Part shown: positions 61,015 to 64,000 of the stretch, piece by piece
Layout of the letters: the number at the start of each line of letters is the position of its first letter
How positions within the stretch are numbered: the first letter of the stretch is position 1
DNA from: an uncultured bacterium
GTDB taxonomy: Bacteria > Chloroflexota > UBA5177 > JANWHV01
DNA: 64,000 bases
Assembly: GCA_963827235.1 (NCBI GenBank)
Contig: CAWHAE010000010.1
Location: forward strand, 96,001 to 160,000
Direction: 5' to 3'
Position numbers and translations under genes: made by a program
Notes under the pieces: generated by a model
What the model was told of the DNA's origin: nothing
The model's database searches: none
Seen by the model: only the letters and a program-made list of their open reading frames with translations

Positions 61015-62379
61015 ATGATCCCCTATGCCGCGGATGAGATCCTGCAGACCATCCAGATGGTATCCGTCGAGCAGCTGGACGTGCGGACGGTCACGCTCGG
61101 CCTCAACGTGCTCGACTGCGCCGATCCGGATCCGGAGGTCACTGCCAGGCGGCTGTACGAGAAGATCACGCACGCTGCCCAGAACCTGGTGGCCACCGCG
61201 TCGAGCGTGGCAGCCGAACTCGGCGTGCCCATCGCCAACACCAGGATCGCGATCACGCCGATCTCGCTGGTCGGTGCGGCCAACCGGCCCGCCGACTACT
61301 TCGCGCTTGCCACGGCGATGGATCGCGCGGCACGCGAGCTCGGCGTCGACTTCATCGGCGGATGCGGTGGCCTGGTCGCCGGCGGAGAGACTACCGCCGA
61401 CGTGGCATTGATCGACGCACTACCGCGTATCCTGGCGGAGACCGAGCGTGTCTGCGCGTCCTTCGAGGCGGCGTCGTCGCGCGTGGGTATCAACATGGAC
61501 GCCATAGTGCATCTTGCTCACGCTCTCCTGGACGCCTCGCGGCGCACCGCCGCGAGAGATAGTATCGGCTGCGCAAAGCTGGTCGTGTTCGCCAATGCGG
61601 TCGAGGACAATCCCTTCATGGCGGGCGCCTTTCATGGACTCGGGCAGCCCGAGGTCTGTATCAACGTGGGGGTAAGCGGCCCGGGCGTGATTACTCGCGT
61701 TGTGCGCGAGCTGCCCGACGCCGATCTCGGTCGCCTGGCCGACGCCGTCAAGCGCATCGCCTTTAAGGTGACACGGGCGGGTGAGCTCGTCGGGACCTCG
61801 GTGGCATCGCGTCTCGGCATCCCGTTCGGATGTATCGACCTGAGCCTCGCTCCATCGCCCGTGCCCGGCGACAGCGTGGGCGAGGTGCTGGAGGCGATGG
61901 GGCTCGAACGGGCGGGCGTTCCGGGATCGACCACGGCGCTTGCCGTGCTCACCGACGCCGTCAAGCGAGGCGGCGTGATGGCCTCCTCGCGTGTCGGAGG
62001 CCTCTCCGGGGCATTCATCCCGGTTAGCGAGGATACGGCGCTGACCAACGCGGCGGTGGAAGGCCTGCTCAGCGTGGAGAAGCTCGAAGCGCTCACGGCG
62101 GTGTGCTCGGTCGGACTGGACATGATCGCCATTCCCGGATCGACTCCCGTGGAGACGATTGCCGCGCTGATCTCCGACGAGCTGACCATCGGCGTGATGA
62201 ACCACAAGACGGTCGGCGTCCGCCTGATCCCCGTTGCGGGCAAAGAAGCGGGAGAGTGGGCGGAGTTCGGCGGACTGCTGGGCCGATCGCCGATCCTGCC
62301 CGTCCCCGGCGGATCGCCGGCCGCGTTCGTGCGCCGCGGCGGCCGCATTCCAGGACCCATACACGGCCTGAGGAACTAG
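61015..62379 (+). CDS. UPF0210/DUF711 (PFL-like) family protein
   Basis: LDVRTVTLG, CAKLVVFANAVEDNPFMAGAFHG, GGLSGAFIPVSED, VCSVGLDM. Confidence 0.92.
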   Translation: MIPYAADEILQTIQMVSVEQLDVRTVTLGLNVLDCADPDPEVTARRLYEKITHAAQNLVATASSVAAELGVPIANTRIAITPISLVGAANRPADYFALATAMDRAARELGVDFIGGCGGLVAGGETTADVALIDALPRILAETERVCASFEAASSRVGINMDAIVHLAHALLDASRRTAARDSIGCAKLVVFANAVEDNPFMAGAFHGLGQPEVCINVGVSGPGVITRVVRELPDADLGRLADAVKRIAFKVTRAGELVGTSVASRLGIPFGCIDLSLAPSPVPGDSVGEVLEAMGLERAGVPGSTTALAVLTDAVKRGGVMASSRVGGLSGAFIPVSEDTALTNAAVEGLLSVEKLEALTAVCSVGLDMIAIPGSTPVETIAALISDELTIGVMNHKTVGVRLIPVAGKEAGEWAEFGGLLGRSPILPVPGGSPAAFVRRGGRIPGPIHGLRN

Positions 62380-63114
62380 AGGCAGGGCACTACGTGGTGC
62401 ATCCGCGAAGCAGTCCGCGTATCTGATGCCGCGTGCTGAAGCACAGGGAGCCTCGTTTCCTCGCCAGGTCGCGGGTTTTAACCCGCTTTCGCCCACGCAG
62501 AGACCTGTGCCGGGGATACCGGAGACGATCCTATCGCGGAGGAACCGGTCTCATGGGTGTGTTCGTGCGTTGGAGTTATTGCGACTCCAAGCAAGTCTTG
62601 GCCTCGATGCAGAGAGTATTGCTTGGCCGCGGGCACTTGTTCTTGCGCTGGCAATCTATTGCCGGCTTGAGTCTCCGACGTGTGTGCACCATCTGCCTAC
62701 CCCCAACAGGAGCGAGAAGGCACCGTGCCGCAGCTGCAAGGTCATGCGGCTCCATGCATGGCTACTCGTCGAGACGCAGCGCACTGGGAGGCGCCAAGAA
62801 CGGTGTCTGCCAAGGGCGGACGTGACGTCGTACATGATAACGGGGCCGATGGCATGCATGAGTCCGCTTACCTTATACCCCTTTCTGGCGGTATCGTGGT
62901 GTCGTCCCAAGACGTCGGCGCCGGGCAGATCGCCGCTGGCGACCGAGTGCATGAGACCCGAGGGCATATGACCCACGAGGTTGTGACTTGGCTGATCATG
63001 TGAGCGTCTGCCAGCCATCGACTGGTGTAGATTGTGAGGGCAGCAGAGTGATCCTACCTAGCGCCATACGCGGCAATGAAACTCGCCAGCGGTATCGGTA
63101 GTCCTGGCCCTCCC

Positions 63115-64000
63115 CTAGACTGCGCTCAGCGCGCCGGCCGTGAGACCCTGGATGAAGTTGCGGCGCTGGAGGATGTAGAAGATCAGCAGCGGCAGCGTGG
63201 AAAGCACCACCACCGTAAGCACCAGCGGCACGTTCATGCCGTATTGTCCCTGGTAGCTCCACACTGCCAGCGGCAAGGTGCGCTCATCATCACTCTGTGT
63301 CAACACAAGTGGCAGCACGAAGTTATTCCAGTTATTGATGAACGTATACACGGCAACCGTGGCCAGGGCGGGACGCGAAAGCGGCAACGCCAGTTGCAGA
63401 TAACGGCGCACGACGCCCGCGCCGTCGATCTGCATGGCATGCTCCAGTTCCTCAGGAATTCCCCGCATGAACGCCGTGAGGATGAAGATGGTGATAGGTA
63501 ATCCCGTGCCCGCGTAGGGCAGGAGCAGGCCCGGCAGCGTGTCGTATAGGTTTGTAGTAGTCGCCTCGAATCGATAGATCGGGATAATGGCGGCGTAGAC
63601 AGGCACGGCCAGGCCGGACACAAACAGCAGGTAGATCACGGCGTTGAGGCGGTGCGGCAGACGAGAGAGCGCGTACGCTGCCAGGGAGCCTAGGAGCAGC
63701 GACAGGAGCACCGCGCCGACGGATGTGACCACCGAGTTCAACAGATAGCGCAGGAGCTGAGTGCTCAGAACCGTATGGTAATTATCGAGCGTGGGGCTAC
63801 TCAAGGACCAGGGGTTGCCAGCCAGGGCATCCGCCTGCGTCTTGAAGGTCTGGATCACGGCGTAGGACACCGGAACAAGGGCCGCGGCAAGCCAGAGTAG
63901 CGTAGCGAGCGCGAGCAAGAGCCCTTCTCCCAGGCGGCGGGAGCCCTCACTATCGGATCGCTTCGCGTGTTGGCGTCCGTCGAGCGCTGCCGGAGCTTGT
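63115..64000 (-). CDS. Carbohydrate ABC transporter permease (start at or beyond the window edge)
   Basis: NSVV, AAYALSR, IPEELEHAMQIDGA, WNNF, TLPL, FIQGLTAGA. Confidence 0.9.
   Translation of the reverse strand, partial: QAPAALDGRQHAKRSDSEGSRRLGEGLLLALATLLWLAAALVPVSYAVIQTFKTQADALAGNPWSLSSPTLDNYHTVLSTQLLRYLLNSVVTSVGAVLLSLLLGSLAAYALSRLPHRLNAVIYLLFVSGLAVPVYAAIIPIYRFEATTTNLYDTLPGLLLPYAGTGLPITIFILTAFMRGIPEELEHAMQIDGAGVVRRYLQLALPLSRPALATVAVYTFINNWNNFVLPLVLTQSDDERTLPLAVWSYQGQYGMNVPLVLTVVVLSTLPLLIFYILQRRNFIQGLTAGALSAV

Noticed and set aside
62400-63100. Short ORFs or ncRNA between the UPF0210 gene and the sugar permease
   Set aside because: No recognisable protein motif or RNA family signature

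Overview
High-GC bacterial chromosomal window. The gene content (sAC-like tandem cyclase-STAND-TPR, TPTP-linker exported proteins, nurA/HAS-barrel/herA, XRE-NB-ARC-TPR regulators) suggests a Chloroflexota-like soil organism, which is an inference. Left to right: a cNMP-binding protein and a tandem cyclase-STAND-TPR gene, convergent with a ~1,790-aa exported C25/gingipain-like protein carrying 18 perfect PSGYL repeats; two type II TA pairs with gene relics; a YeiH-TauE-CstR-like sulfur locus; a peptide ABC importer without ATPase; an ABC-2 exporter; an AbiEii-like pair; parAB divergent from nurA-HAS-herA, bracketed by two identical 20-bp palindromes; an htrA / two-component / hsp20-lon cluster; a canonical parS; hutH; and a ~10.1-kb integrase-free segment between two ~1,021-bp direct repeats (hutH 3' end plus ADH 3' part). 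Many single-base frameshifts cluster at 31-35.5 kb and one lies in lon; these are probably sequencing indels. No rRNA, tRNA, CRISPR array, integrase or transposase was recognised. All family calls are by motif recognition, not database search.
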